A stretch of 26,318 nucleotides of DNA, from the IMG/VR virus record IMGVR_UViG_3300020414_001906, positions 1 to 26,318 of that record; one strand, 5' to 3'. The notes beneath the pieces were generated by a model. The model was not told where the DNA came from. It did not search any database and saw only the letters and a list, made by a program, of their open reading frames with translations. Positions 16,401 to 24,633 of the stretch are shown here, piece after piece. Within the stretch, counting starts at the first letter, position 1, and each line of letters starts with the position of its first letter. Source of the DNA: a virus. Taxonomy: Duplodnaviria; Caudoviricetes. A program made the position numbers and the translations under genes.

Positions 16401-18486
16401 AATGGTAAAACATCCTGCGGCATCTACTTTTCAACAATCATCACTTACTTTTGGTATTGTAGATGGTCCTACATTATGGACAGAAGACAGAGCCGTAGCA
16501 CACACTGATATTCCTGCAGAACTTGGCACAAATGATGGCACAGGTACAGGAGGTGATGGTAGCGGAAAAGATGGAGCAGGACAATCAGCCGAAGCAGGAA
16601 ATATTGCTCCTCCGGAAGGTGCTGGAAACGCCTTAGTAGATACAGATGGTGATGGTGAAGGTGATACAGTAGTAGTTGAAAATACTGACGCGGCCTATCT
16701 TGCGGCATCGGCGGCCTATAAAAATGCAACTGGTCTTTTTATTGATAACGATGGTGTTGACGGCATACCAGAAGAAGCAGATGCAAAACAACTGGCACTT
16801 GTAACTAGTCAACTTCAAGATTTATGTAACTTAGGAAACCAAGCGGCATGTTCAGACTTAGCAATGGGTAGACAACAAATAGTAAATCACTTTGGCGATG
16901 CAGATGAGGCTAGAAATATAATCAATGAATCAATAGACGATGGAACAACTGTGTCCTCTGCCACGATTGCGATGTTAGATAATACATACGAATCATTAGG
17001 ACAAGAAAAAATTTCAGATGGTATAACAGGAGTTGACCAAGATGAAATAGATGCTTGGTCTGAACAAATCGATAAAGATATGGATAAAACTTATTTAGGT
17101 CCTAATGATGCATTGAATAACCCAAATCAAGTTATGTCAGAATTAGAACCAGGCGGATTGTTTGGAAAAGCAGGCACAGATGCAATGCTTAATGGTGATG
17201 TACAACTTTATGACGGCGGAATGAAACACAAACAAACAAGTACAATTACTGGTGGACAAACTAGAGAGTATTCTTTTGACACAGGAAAGAAAACTTTAAC
17301 TGCACAAGAATTTAATCAAGTTCAATCATTACATGATGAAAATCAAGACCTTATAAATGGCAGAAGTTTATGGGATTTAACTGATACAGAATATGCACAA
17401 GTAAAAGCAAATGAAAATGCAATAAACAAAATTACAGAAAATGCAACAACAGGTGTTAGAGGTGAAGTAAGAAACGAAGTTATTGACAAAGAAAAAAGAG
17501 AAAACATATCACAACTAAAACTAGAAGAACAAGAATTAGAAGACGAACTAGATGGTTTTTATTTTACGAATAAAGGCAGACAAGAAGATGAACAAAAACT
17601 TAATGAAGTTAGAGAACAAATTCTTATTGACCAAATAGAATCTAGTCCGATTGTTATGACAGAAGTTCAAGAACTAACCGGTAATCAAGGAGGTAGTAAC
17701 TTTAAAACTGATAATCTACCTAAAACAACAGAAGATAGTCCAATTATTGTTCCTAAACCAGATGTGTTACCTGACGTTTATGTAGATAATAACGACGGAA
17801 CTATTACAGTTCCTCCTCCCCCACCAAACACATATAGTGTTACACCATCGGGCAACACTGCTATTGATAATCTAAATGTACCAGACGATGTGAAAGATGA
17901 ATATAAAGAAGTATTAGAAAGTAACAACGGTTTAAAAGTTAAACAGTTTATAGATGATTTACCGGTAGACCAAGCAAACGAAATTTATCAATTACAACAA
18001 ACACAGGATCTTGTAGAATTGCCTGGTTCTCAACCAGCAGTACTAAGTGAAGGTGTTGACATGTCTGGTATAACTGAAGATGACCAGAAACAACTTGCCG
18101 CGGCAAGAAGTATATATGATAACATCTCCAAACAAGCGGAAACTTTACCTAGGAGAACTTTAACACAAACTTACGGTGATGAAACTTTTGTTGACCAAAC
18201 ACCAGATATGTCTTTCATCGAACCAGTAAAGTATATTGATGCAGACGGCAATGTGCAAGAATACGTCATTGATACTAGTAAAGTTGATACAGAAAATGGT
18301 TGGACTGTACCAATGTTGGATCAAATGAAAAAAGATATTGCATCTAAATTTCCATCAATTGGAACAGGAAAAACAGAAGTTAAAAGATCCAGTGCTGGGT
18401 TAGGCGAACCGATAAGAATTGGAATAGGAAATGGTGATGTATTTGCAATCGAAGTTGAAGTTCCAGAACAAGAGGGACCACAGTAA
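13441..18486 (+). CDS. Large baseplate hub protein (gp27-like core) with N-terminal lysozyme-like domain
   Basis: N-terminal RNNNPGNI...GRFVTYATPEHGVRA...RWAPPNENNT virion muramidase-like domain; IKGDPYWL and GGQFTQTLEMVK hub motifs; position between gp53-like and gp5-like genes; long acidic C-terminus. Confidence 0.65.
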   Translation: MTVRSARNNNPGNIESNSTAWVGKTGDDGRFVTYATPEHGVRAMGKTLETYQDKHGLTSVNQMIARWAPPNENNTTNYANFVATEMGISPDAEIDLSANPELAQKMVGAMIKMEGGLEAYNYFKPAIKGGLDMAYGNIDTPEISDVESSEFMDINEPPGEGIDALDPTQKEEAGKQILNTATSLEEVVDRMERLNIFWDNELDNFQNYTYNIELFQVNQGEARNYLRLENTPDMLLDVVNDGWPKAGMKKITIAKTGVSAELVITDVQIRGTGYGAVSLSRMAGTATELQFQITQVGGTSLPDMLQNAALLSGYTSIFDSIYFMKIKFMGYDDDNQIVRDFPATKVLPFKIKQTTDLDTTTDARGTSVLLSGNILTDEVVNSTDVSKVESNFEFATKDTLEETLEEFMDKLNKNVIQNSVLDSTQFIHTYKISMSEEFKQRYGQADMRGIGYPNYASANNETEKKAAVKISQSTGVVQPGHSIYECLHNIIINAKQVREELTASEKKMTEIFVIKPHAVPKENGFNVLTNKSAYDVTFYVTLHESLLPQNAIHNAMLSQATADILKQVFLKGRCHKRYYYQYTGKNDQIIDFQIQLRRQLEKIYSKPSDQYMANTFLDAIGDYRKNIDKKAQQKLTELEAEAKVLLEIKNKTSQNVEQLTSEFDKMQDELASEFERRLRANGVDPDQLGGDEIAINAADINYLRESLKRGNGQTKEGTIAYEIFNDIFKGETRENFNKLNNLVRQAKLDDNSALNNLEENYRENDDVMREALGHLLSKKFLESTTATGEAWDELGITATNLPGQEIVLIEQLDKEIIQKLSLDQFDALMKTLIENPVNFNRITKPILSNPTRLKVIKHPDQEEVEVALSKYYEGRSGNLSMQNASMTIKGDPYWLETFIPVEIEKKNFSNKNSNEQFKMHSSSLNGANYCLVIADKAEGNYLENSNNVGQDAANSDGIKKTRLETMVYQVNDIIHSFSGGQFTQTLEMVKHPAASTFQQSSLTFGIVDGPTLWTEDRAVAHTDIPAELGTNDGTGTGGDGSGKDGAGQSAEAGNIAPPEGAGNALVDTDGDGEGDTVVVENTDAAYLAASAAYKNATGLFIDNDGVDGIPEEADAKQLALVTSQLQDLCNLGNQAACSDLAMGRQQIVNHFGDADEARNIINESIDDGTTVSSATIAMLDNTYESLGQEKISDGITGVDQDEIDAWSEQIDKDMDKTYLGPNDALNNPNQVMSELEPGGLFGKAGTDAMLNGDVQLYDGGMKHKQTSTITGGQTREYSFDTGKKTLTAQEFNQVQSLHDENQDLINGRSLWDLTDTEYAQVKANENAINKITENATTGVRGEVRNEVIDKEKRENISQLKLEEQELEDELDGFYFTNKGRQEDEQKLNEVREQILIDQIESSPIVMTEVQELTGNQGGSNFKTDNLPKTTEDSPIIVPKPDVLPDVYVDNNDGTITVPPPPPNTYSVTPSGNTAIDNLNVPDDVKDEYKEVLESNNGLKVKQFIDDLPVDQANEIYQLQQTQDLVELPGSQPAVLSEGVDMSGITEDDQKQLAAARSIYDNISKQAETLPRRTLTQTYGDETFVDQTPDMSFIEPVKYIDADGNVQEYVIDTSKVDTENGWTVPMLDQMKKDIASKFPSIGTGKTEVKRSSAGLGEPIRIGIGNGDVFAIEVEVPEQEGPQ

Positions 18487-18522
18487 TGTCAAATAAATAT
18501 TTGAATATAATGGAAGGATACT

Positions 18523-20361
18523 ATGTCTTTTAATAATGATAACTTACTAGGTAAAAGCATTCAAAGTGAAAGAAAACACTATGATAACCCTTTACTAAGA
18601 AATGTACAAAGTGGTGTATGGAAAGCTATCACTGTTGGTGGCAAACCAGACCCTGAAGGTAGAGGAAGAATTGCGGCTTATATACCTAAGTTAGGCGGCG
18701 ACCCAGATAATCCATTATACTTTCAATATGCATCACCATTTGGCGGAGCAAATGCTCAGGGACCATATGGTATGTTTGCAGTCCCACCAGACGCTGGAGT
18801 TACTATTTTAGTTTTCTTTGCAGAGAATGGTGACTTGAACGAAGGTTATTGGTTTGCAGTATCACAGGAGGTACCATCCGTTGTTAGTGGTGGTGCGGCA
18901 GATACAGCAAAAGCAGATGGTACAGGTCAAGGCGAAGGCGTATTCAAAGATGTCAAGTCTGCAAAAGTAAGACCTATATCAATGCGTGATGTAGTAAAAA
19001 CTGATCCTGCTGAACAAGAAAATTCTAATAAAAATTCTAATACTGCTAGTCAAGGTATATATTCTGATAGTTTAAGAGGTCAATCAACTGCAAGTCCACA
19101 CAGAGATGCCAATTATGAAACCACTCAACATTCTAAAGTAGTAGGATTACTTTCACCAGGAGGAAATTCTATAACTATGGACGATGGTTCTGTTGGCGAT
19201 GATGGAACTATTCATCCTAATCAAATTCGAATATCTACAGGATCAGGTGCTCAAGTTATTGTTGATGGTACAAACGATTTTGTTTATGCAATTAATAGTT
19301 CAGGTTCTGGATGGGTTGAAATAGGAGCAGATGGTGAAGTAATGGTTTACGCAGAAGGTTCACTATCAATGCGTACAGAAAAAGATTTTAATATACGTGC
19401 AGACAAAAATATAAACATTGAAGCAGGTGAAAAAATAAATGTAAGAAGCGGAGACAACTATAATCTAAATGTAGGTAATCAATATCATACAAAAACAAAA
19501 GGTTCTTCTTTCTTAGAAAGTGGTGGAGCAAATCATGTAAAAGTGAGTACAAGTATGTATGTTTCTACAGGACAACATTTGCATCTTAATGGTCCTATGG
19601 CTTCTATAGCATATGATATTCCATTAACTGCACAACCAGATATACAGAATTTAGAAAATACACAAATTGATGAAAGTATTATTCCTAAAATACCAACACA
19701 TGAACCTTTCTTAAGAGGAACTGAAGCAAATATGCCTAGTTCTTCTGGCGAAACACCTTCACAAACTAGCGATACACAAAAAGCAGGAAACGATATAGCA
19801 AAAGATCCTTCTAGTGCAGAAGGACAAACATCTGCATCGAATCAAGATGCCAATTCAAATGAAGATGTTCCTGGTCTACCACCAGGAGAAGGTCTTGCAA
19901 CAATCAGAGCAAGTAATGGTGTTGGTTGTAGAGTAGCCGCAATATTTCAGAAAAACTTTCAAGGTCTTATTGATGATTTGGAAGCAACAGGTTATGAAAT
20001 TAGAAATTTACATGGCTATGTGAATAGAAATCAAAGAGGTGGAAGTAAACCTAGCTTTCACGCAATGGGTGCCGCAATAGATATCAATGCATATGCACCA
20101 AATGGTTACGCAAGGTCTAGACCATCTGGGTGGAATCCAGGTGTAACAAGAGGTTCAGATAAGGGTTGTGATTTACCATTAAATGTAGGCGATATAGCCG
20201 CAAGACATGGATTAGGTTGGGGTGGTAACTGGAGTTCACCTTGGGATCCAATGCACTTTTCAGCCGCAAGTGTTGAACGAGGAGCATATGTATTAAATCG
20301 ACAATACAAAGTAGCAGAGAATTCAGACGTTACAGGAACAACATCAGTGAGGTTAGCATAA
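18523..20361 (+). CDS. Baseplate central spike (gp5/VgrG-like) with C-terminal M15 metallopeptidase
   Basis: OB-fold DPEGRGRI...YGMFAVPPDAG; beta-helix repeats; C-terminal SFHAMGAAIDIN...WGGNW...DPMHF zinc-peptidase motifs. Confidence 0.82.
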   Translation: MSFNNDNLLGKSIQSERKHYDNPLLRNVQSGVWKAITVGGKPDPEGRGRIAAYIPKLGGDPDNPLYFQYASPFGGANAQGPYGMFAVPPDAGVTILVFFAENGDLNEGYWFAVSQEVPSVVSGGAADTAKADGTGQGEGVFKDVKSAKVRPISMRDVVKTDPAEQENSNKNSNTASQGIYSDSLRGQSTASPHRDANYETTQHSKVVGLLSPGGNSITMDDGSVGDDGTIHPNQIRISTGSGAQVIVDGTNDFVYAINSSGSGWVEIGADGEVMVYAEGSLSMRTEKDFNIRADKNINIEAGEKINVRSGDNYNLNVGNQYHTKTKGSSFLESGGANHVKVSTSMYVSTGQHLHLNGPMASIAYDIPLTAQPDIQNLENTQIDESIIPKIPTHEPFLRGTEANMPSSSGETPSQTSDTQKAGNDIAKDPSSAEGQTSASNQDANSNEDVPGLPPGEGLATIRASNGVGCRVAAIFQKNFQGLIDDLEATGYEIRNLHGYVNRNQRGGSKPSFHAMGAAIDINAYAPNGYARSRPSGWNPGVTRGSDKGCDLPLNVGDIAARHGLGWGGNWSSPWDPMHFSAASVERGAYVLNRQYKVAENSDVTGTTSVRLA

Positions 20362-20567
20362 TGGAAGTATTTTTACTAGTTATTAGTATGTGGGGAAACG
20401 ACGGAAAAAATTGGGTTTTTATCGGCAACCAATACGTTAATAATAACTTAATGACACAAGAACAGTGTGAAGCAATAGCAAGTGATTCAAGTTGGTCAAA
20501 GCATAGGGAAAATCAATACTATGACATACAGTTTGATTGCTTTCATAAGGATAAAGAACTTAAATGA
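20361..20567 (+). CDS. Hypothetical protein (hydrophobic N-terminus, two Cys)
   Basis: 68-aa ORF coupled to both neighbours by overlapping start/stop codons. Confidence 0.7.
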   Translation: MEVFLLVISMWGNDGKNWVFIGNQYVNNNLMTQEQCEAIASDSSWSKHRENQYYDIQFDCFHKDKELK

Positions 20568-21205
20568 TATTTGATAAAAGAAAAGGTTCATTATTAAATT
20601 ATATTCAACTTCCGTTGAATGTAATAACACCTTACGGAACTTATTTAGGTACAGGATACAAAGAAACAGGCGAACCAAATTATATTTTATCTCATGTAAG
20701 ATTAACAACATTTCCAATAGAACAATTAGTATTTGGTTCTATGAGCAAGGACGCAATCATTGATACTGAAACACCAACGTTAGAAATTTCAGATAGCAAT
20801 GAAGTTGGTTATGGTTATCAAGTTACAAATACAGAAATAAAATATGGTTATGTTACAGTTGCATCACAAAGAATAGATATATCTAGTGGTAAGATTACAA
20901 AAGTAATGGCAAACTTTATATTAGAAAAACAATTAAGAAATATTGGAAATGTTTTAGAAAGATTTGTTAAGAAAGAATTATCTCAACCACAATTTGATGC
21001 ATTATGTTTTTACTTCTTTAAAGAAGGTGTAGAAAAAATTGAAAATCATCCTATTGTTAGTTTAATTAATAATGAAAAGTGGTATGATATCACAGATGAA
21101 ATTCAAACTAATATAAAAAAGAATAACGGCCAGTTTGATGAAAAACTAGCCGCTATGAAAATACGTACTGCAAAAATGTGGAGTTACGTACCTGGTTTTA
21201 GTTAA
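20564..21205 (+). CDS. Divergent GH24 lysozyme-like protein
   Basis: VGYGY and LSQPQFDAL resemble GH24 TIGYG and LTQNQFDAL; the C-terminal RRxxE motif is absent. Confidence 0.55.
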   Translation: MIFDKRKGSLLNYIQLPLNVITPYGTYLGTGYKETGEPNYILSHVRLTTFPIEQLVFGSMSKDAIIDTETPTLEISDSNEVGYGYQVTNTEIKYGYVTVASQRIDISSGKITKVMANFILEKQLRNIGNVLERFVKKELSQPQFDALCFYFFKEGVEKIENHPIVSLINNEKWYDITDEIQTNIKKNNGQFDEKLAAMKIRTAKMWSYVPGFS

Positions 21206-21390
21206 AAATCATAGATTGATTTAGTATAACCTTGAGTAGGTTCTACATTTACAATTTCAATTTTAGAATCTGGGTTCATTTGTTGCATAAGTTTTTGAAC
21301 ACGATATGCATCATCAACCGTAGTGTCTTTTGTTACATCAACACCATCAATTTTAACCCTTACGGGATTTCTAAGTTCTTGTTTTGACAT
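21202..21390 (-). CDS. Hypothetical protein
   Basis: 62-aa ORF, last gene of the minus-strand block. Confidence 0.65.
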   Translation of the reverse strand: MSKQELRNPVRVKIDGVDVTKDTTVDDAYRVQKLMQQMNPDSKIEIVNVEPTQGYTKSIYDF

Positions 21391-21405
21391 ACAACCCTTT
21401 CTTTG

Positions 21406-21654
21406 TTAAGACAATGCATTTAGTAAAGTTTCATCACTTGTTTCTAAAGTAACAAAACTTCCAAAATAATTGTCAAAAGTTTTTACGAGATTAGTGTAAT
21501 CTCCTGATTTCATTTCATCGATAACTTTGTTACCGTCTAGACCGAGGTCACGACACAGACCTTGTGCCGTACCTAATAGATAGAACGCATTACCAGCCGA
21601 ACCATCTAAATCGATTTTATATTCACGAACATTGTTTTTCTGAACTACTGCCAT
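21406..21654 (-). CDS. Hypothetical phage protein
   Basis: 82 aa, IDLDGSAGNAFYLLG; AGGAG SD. Confidence 0.75.
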   Translation of the reverse strand: MAVVQKNNVREYKIDLDGSAGNAFYLLGTAQGLCRDLGLDGNKVIDEMKSGDYTNLVKTFDNYFGSFVTLETSDETLLNALS

Positions 21655-21986
21655 TATGCAATCTCCTTAAAACCAAAACTAGCAACTTCATACTTTTTAG
21701 TACCAACAAGCATTTGGTCACCAACAGATGTAGAACGCAAACCCCATTCCTTACCACTATCATCAACGTGAAGTGGAGCCATTACAGTGACATTAGGATT
21801 AAAGTCACCATTAGTTTCTCCGTCTTCAAAAACTTCTTTTTTGATAGACCAAGAACCCATTACATTGTTAGTCCAACGATAAGCATACTCCATTGCTTCC
21901 ATTTCTTCTGTTCCTTCTGGAACATCAACAAATGCTACAACGTGGGGAGTATCTCCGAATGCTGAATGAATAACTGAAACTTTCAT
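21654..21986 (-). CDS. Hypothetical protein (RSTSVGD, YodL-like motif)
   Basis: 110 aa; GAGAGG SD; RSTSVGD resembles the SLSVGD motif of YodL-like domains. Confidence 0.65.
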   Translation of the reverse strand: MKVSVIHSAFGDTPHVVAFVDVPEGTEEMEAMEYAYRWTNNVMGSWSIKKEVFEDGETNGDFNPNVTVMAPLHVDDSGKEWGLRSTSVGDQMLVGTKKYEVASFGFKEIA

Positions 21987-22014
21987 AACGACCTCTCTTT
22001 CGATTATAATTGAT

Positions 22015-22488
22015 TTATACTAGACTTGTACGGGTATCGCCTTCAATTTTAAGGACGCATTTTCCTGTACTAAGATTATCGACATTACCAACAAACTTAC
22101 CAATAAGATGTTCATACTCAGAACCTTTCTGCCAACCACCAACGATATAGCCACGTTTCATGTACCAATCGTTTGACGATTTGCCTTTACGAACAATTTT
22201 GTCAACATAAAGAGTTTCCCATCCTTCTGGGTCATACTCTTTTTGAGATTTAAGAAACTCAGATTCAAAATCATCGTCACACTCAAAGAAATCAAAAAAG
22301 TTTTCTTCAAATGCATTGCTAGAATCTGTAACTAAAGGAATGACAGTTTTAGCCTCTTCGGCTGTTTCTGCCTCTACGATATAAGTGTTTCCACCTTTGT
22401 TTTTCCAGTATGCTGAAACACCATCCCAATCATCATTATGAGCGGCATAGTTTTCACGAATAGCAGTTTCGATAACAAATTTACTCAT
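22015..22488 (-). CDS. Hypothetical early protein
   Basis: AAGGAG SD before ATG 22488; own promoter. Confidence 0.75.
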   Translation of the reverse strand: MSKFVIETAIRENYAAHNDDWDGVSAYWKNKGGNTYIVEAETAEEAKTVIPLVTDSSNAFEENFFDFFECDDDFESEFLKSQKEYDPEGWETLYVDKIVRKGKSSNDWYMKRGYIVGGWQKGSEYEHLIGKFVGNVDNLSTGKCVLKIEGDTRTSLV

Positions 22489-22509
22489 AGCTTTCTCCTT
22501 CATCATGTT

Positions 22510-22546
22510 TATATAATAGCACGATTCGTGAATCTGTCAAGTTTTT
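22510..22546 (-). promoter_or_regulatory. Repeated early promoter, copy 1
   Basis: TTGACA-N16-TATTAT with extended -10 TG; spacer contains GATTC and GAATC; 34/37 identical to 22918-22954. Confidence 0.8.
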
Positions 22547-22893
22547 TAGTCTAACCTTGAACCAGCATATGCTTTGAAACCGTAAGATTTCATTACTTTT
22601 GCATAAGCCTCTGCGCCTTCTTCTTTGGCGTCAATGTTTTGACCTGCGTACTTACCAGGATTCCACAACTGCCAGGCTTTGCCTGTCCAGTCTTTAGTAA
22701 ATCCAATAGATTCTAGACCTGCCCTTTCAGCTTTACCTAGTTTAGTGTTACCCTTGTTTTCAGGATAAACAGTAACCCATGCAAAACCACATGCAAATTG
22801 GTCTTCACCTTTTAAAACATCATTGAAAAATTTATCAACAGCCGCCGTTGCTTGTGTAGTGGCTTCTGCGTGAACTTGTGCGTATGTAGTCAT
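22546..22893 (-). CDS. Hypothetical early protein (CGFAWV motif)
   Basis: GAGAGG SD before ATG 22893; own promoter. Confidence 0.75.
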   Translation of the reverse strand: MTTYAQVHAEATTQATAAVDKFFNDVLKGEDQFACGFAWVTVYPENKGNTKLGKAERAGLESIGFTKDWTGKAWQLWNPGKYAGQNIDAKEEGAEAYAKVMKSYGFKAYAGSRLD

Positions 22894-22917
22894 AACTAAC
22901 CTCTCTTTCATTATGAC

Positions 22918-22954
22918 TATATAATAGCATGATTCTTGATTCTGTCAAGTTTTT
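22918..22954 (-). promoter_or_regulatory. Repeated early promoter, copy 2
   Basis: TTGACA-N16-TATTAT; spacer contains GAATC twice. Confidence 0.8.
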
Positions 22955-23528
22955 ACACCCATTTAAAGTGTATATTTGGCACTTTTCGAGGAGATCCATC
23001 CTTCTTTTTATCAATAATATCAATGCTTCCTGACAATAGTTCATATCTACTGTCTTCTACTAGTTCTTTTTTACCGTACCAAGTGCCATAATAGGTTGCA
23101 TTTTTCTTCATCTTTTTATCTTCATTGAGCATATGACTACGCCAGTCAGATTCAACCATATCTTGCATTGCACAAAATAGTTTTGTAGAATCGTTATATT
23201 TCCAACTCAATAAGAGATACAATCCAGGTCGTTTTGAGAAACTACCGCCTTGCCATTTATCAGCACCACATGTTTTTATTTCAACTGGTTCTCCATTGAT
23301 ATAAACATCAGCGACATTTACACCTACTTTGACTTCTGTGTTGATATTCTTTTCTTTGAGAATATTAAGAAAACTTACTTGAGCGATTTCACTCATTAGT
23401 TCACTTTGTTGTTTTGTACTGAATTCAATTCCGTCTTTTTCAAATTCTGAACGATACTTGTTAAACAAAGTTCGTATTCGTTCTTCTACCGCAGGCCAGT
23501 TTTTGCGGATGATATCTTTTGTAGACAT
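22953..23528 (-). CDS. PD-(D/E)xK nuclease, restriction-endonuclease-like
   Basis: Helix E (SEIAQ), then ADVYINGEPVEIKT catalytic pattern. Confidence 0.6.
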   Translation of the reverse strand: MSTKDIIRKNWPAVEERIRTLFNKYRSEFEKDGIEFSTKQQSELMSEIAQVSFLNILKEKNINTEVKVGVNVADVYINGEPVEIKTCGADKWQGGSFSKRPGLYLLLSWKYNDSTKLFCAMQDMVESDWRSHMLNEDKKMKKNATYYGTWYGKKELVEDSRYELLSGSIDIIDKKKDGSPRKVPNIHFKWV

Positions 23529-23560
23529 CGATGTGATCCTTCTCATTGTTTACGGGATAG

Positions 23561-24157
23561 TTACTCTGGTCTTTTGTCGATTATTTTGTCAATAAGACCG
23601 TACTTCAATGATTCATCTGGGTTCATGAAATTATCTCGTTCCATATCACCATAGAAATCATTATAAGATTTTCCGGCTGTATTGTGTTGCACATATATTT
23701 GAATTAGTCGTGCTTTTGTTTTTAGAATTTCTTGTACTTGAATTTCCATATCTGTAGCTTGACCGCCTGCTCCACCACTAGGTTGATGAATCATATGTCT
23801 AGCATTAGGCAACATATATCGTTTACCTTTTGCTCCAGCAGTAGCTAAAAGAGAACCCATAGAACATGCTTGTCCAAGAACCATTGTAGAAACATCTGGT
23901 TTGACAAATTGCATAGTATCATAGATAGCCATACCAGCAGTTACATGACCTCCTGGTGAATTGATATAGAAATGGATATCTTTTTCTGGATTTTCTGCTT
24001 CTAAGAATAGAAGTTGGGCACAAATCAAGTCAGATTGATAATCATTGACTTCGCCTGTAAGAAATATTACTCGTTCTTTAAGCAAACGAGAAAAAATATC
24101 GAAACTACGTTCTCCGTTTGCAGTTTGGTCAATGACCATAGGTACTAGATTAGGCAT
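23561..24157 (-). CDS. clpP: ATP-dependent Clp protease proteolytic subunit
   Basis: [21 protein letters not shown]; catalytic Ser (QACSMG), His (MIHQP) and Asp (ERDNFM). Confidence 0.96.
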   Translation of the reverse strand: MPNLVPMVIDQTANGERSFDIFSRLLKERVIFLTGEVNDYQSDLICAQLLFLEAENPEKDIHFYINSPGGHVTAGMAIYDTMQFVKPDVSTMVLGQACSMGSLLATAGAKGKRYMLPNARHMIHQPSGGAGGQATDMEIQVQEILKTKARLIQIYVQHNTAGKSYNDFYGDMERDNFMNPDESLKYGLIDKIIDKRPE

Positions 24158-24187
24158 AATTTTATTTATTCTCCTATAATTTCAACT

Positions 24188-24216
24188 ATTATACATAAAA
24201 TGAATCAAAATGTCAA
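24188..24216 (-). promoter_or_regulatory. Consensus sigma70 promoter of clpP
   Basis: TTGACA-N17-TATAAT with a GATTC in the spacer. Confidence 0.8.
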
Positions 24217-24221
24217 TACAA

Positions 24222-24250
24222 AAAGTTCGAAGTTTATATGTTGATAAATA
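24222..24250 (+). promoter_or_regulatory. 14-bp palindrome plus late promoter GATAAATA (gp25-gp6 operon)
   Basis: AAAGTTCGAAGTTT-ATATGTT-GATAAATA. Confidence 0.7.
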
Positions 24251-24275
24251 CTCTTAATAGTAAAGAGAGTATATA

Positions 24276-24632
24276 ATGGCAAGATTTATAGGTTTTAGTA
24301 CTAAAAACAAATTAGCAATTAATCACACACTAACTGGAAAAGAGTTAGTGGTTGAGGACTTGTTGAATAACATAATGACTCGAAAAGGCGAAAGAATAAT
24401 GATGCCTACTTACGGGTCTATTATACATGACCTAGTATTCGAACCATTAACTCCTCAGATAAAAACACTTATCGAAGATGATTTAACAGAGATTATCAAC
24501 GATGATCCAAGGGTCAGCTTAACAAGTATTAATTTACGTGAAACAGACCACACAGTAACAGCATCAATATCGGTTGATTTATTACCAGAGAAAGAACCGA
24601 TTACATTAACAATAGACCTACAGAGAGAATAA
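24276..24632 (+). CDS. gp25: Baseplate wedge subunit (gp25-like)
   Basis: TRKGERIMMPTYGSIIHDLVFEP...DPRV motif. Confidence 0.92.
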   Translation: MARFIGFSTKNKLAINHTLTGKELVVEDLLNNIMTRKGERIMMPTYGSIIHDLVFEPLTPQIKTLIEDDLTEIINDDPRVSLTSINLRETDHTVTASISVDLLPEKEPITLTIDLQRE

Positions 24633-24633
24633 A

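Noticed and set aside
14445-20717. Short minus-strand ORFs within baseplate genes
   Set aside because: Shadow frames with no independent signals.
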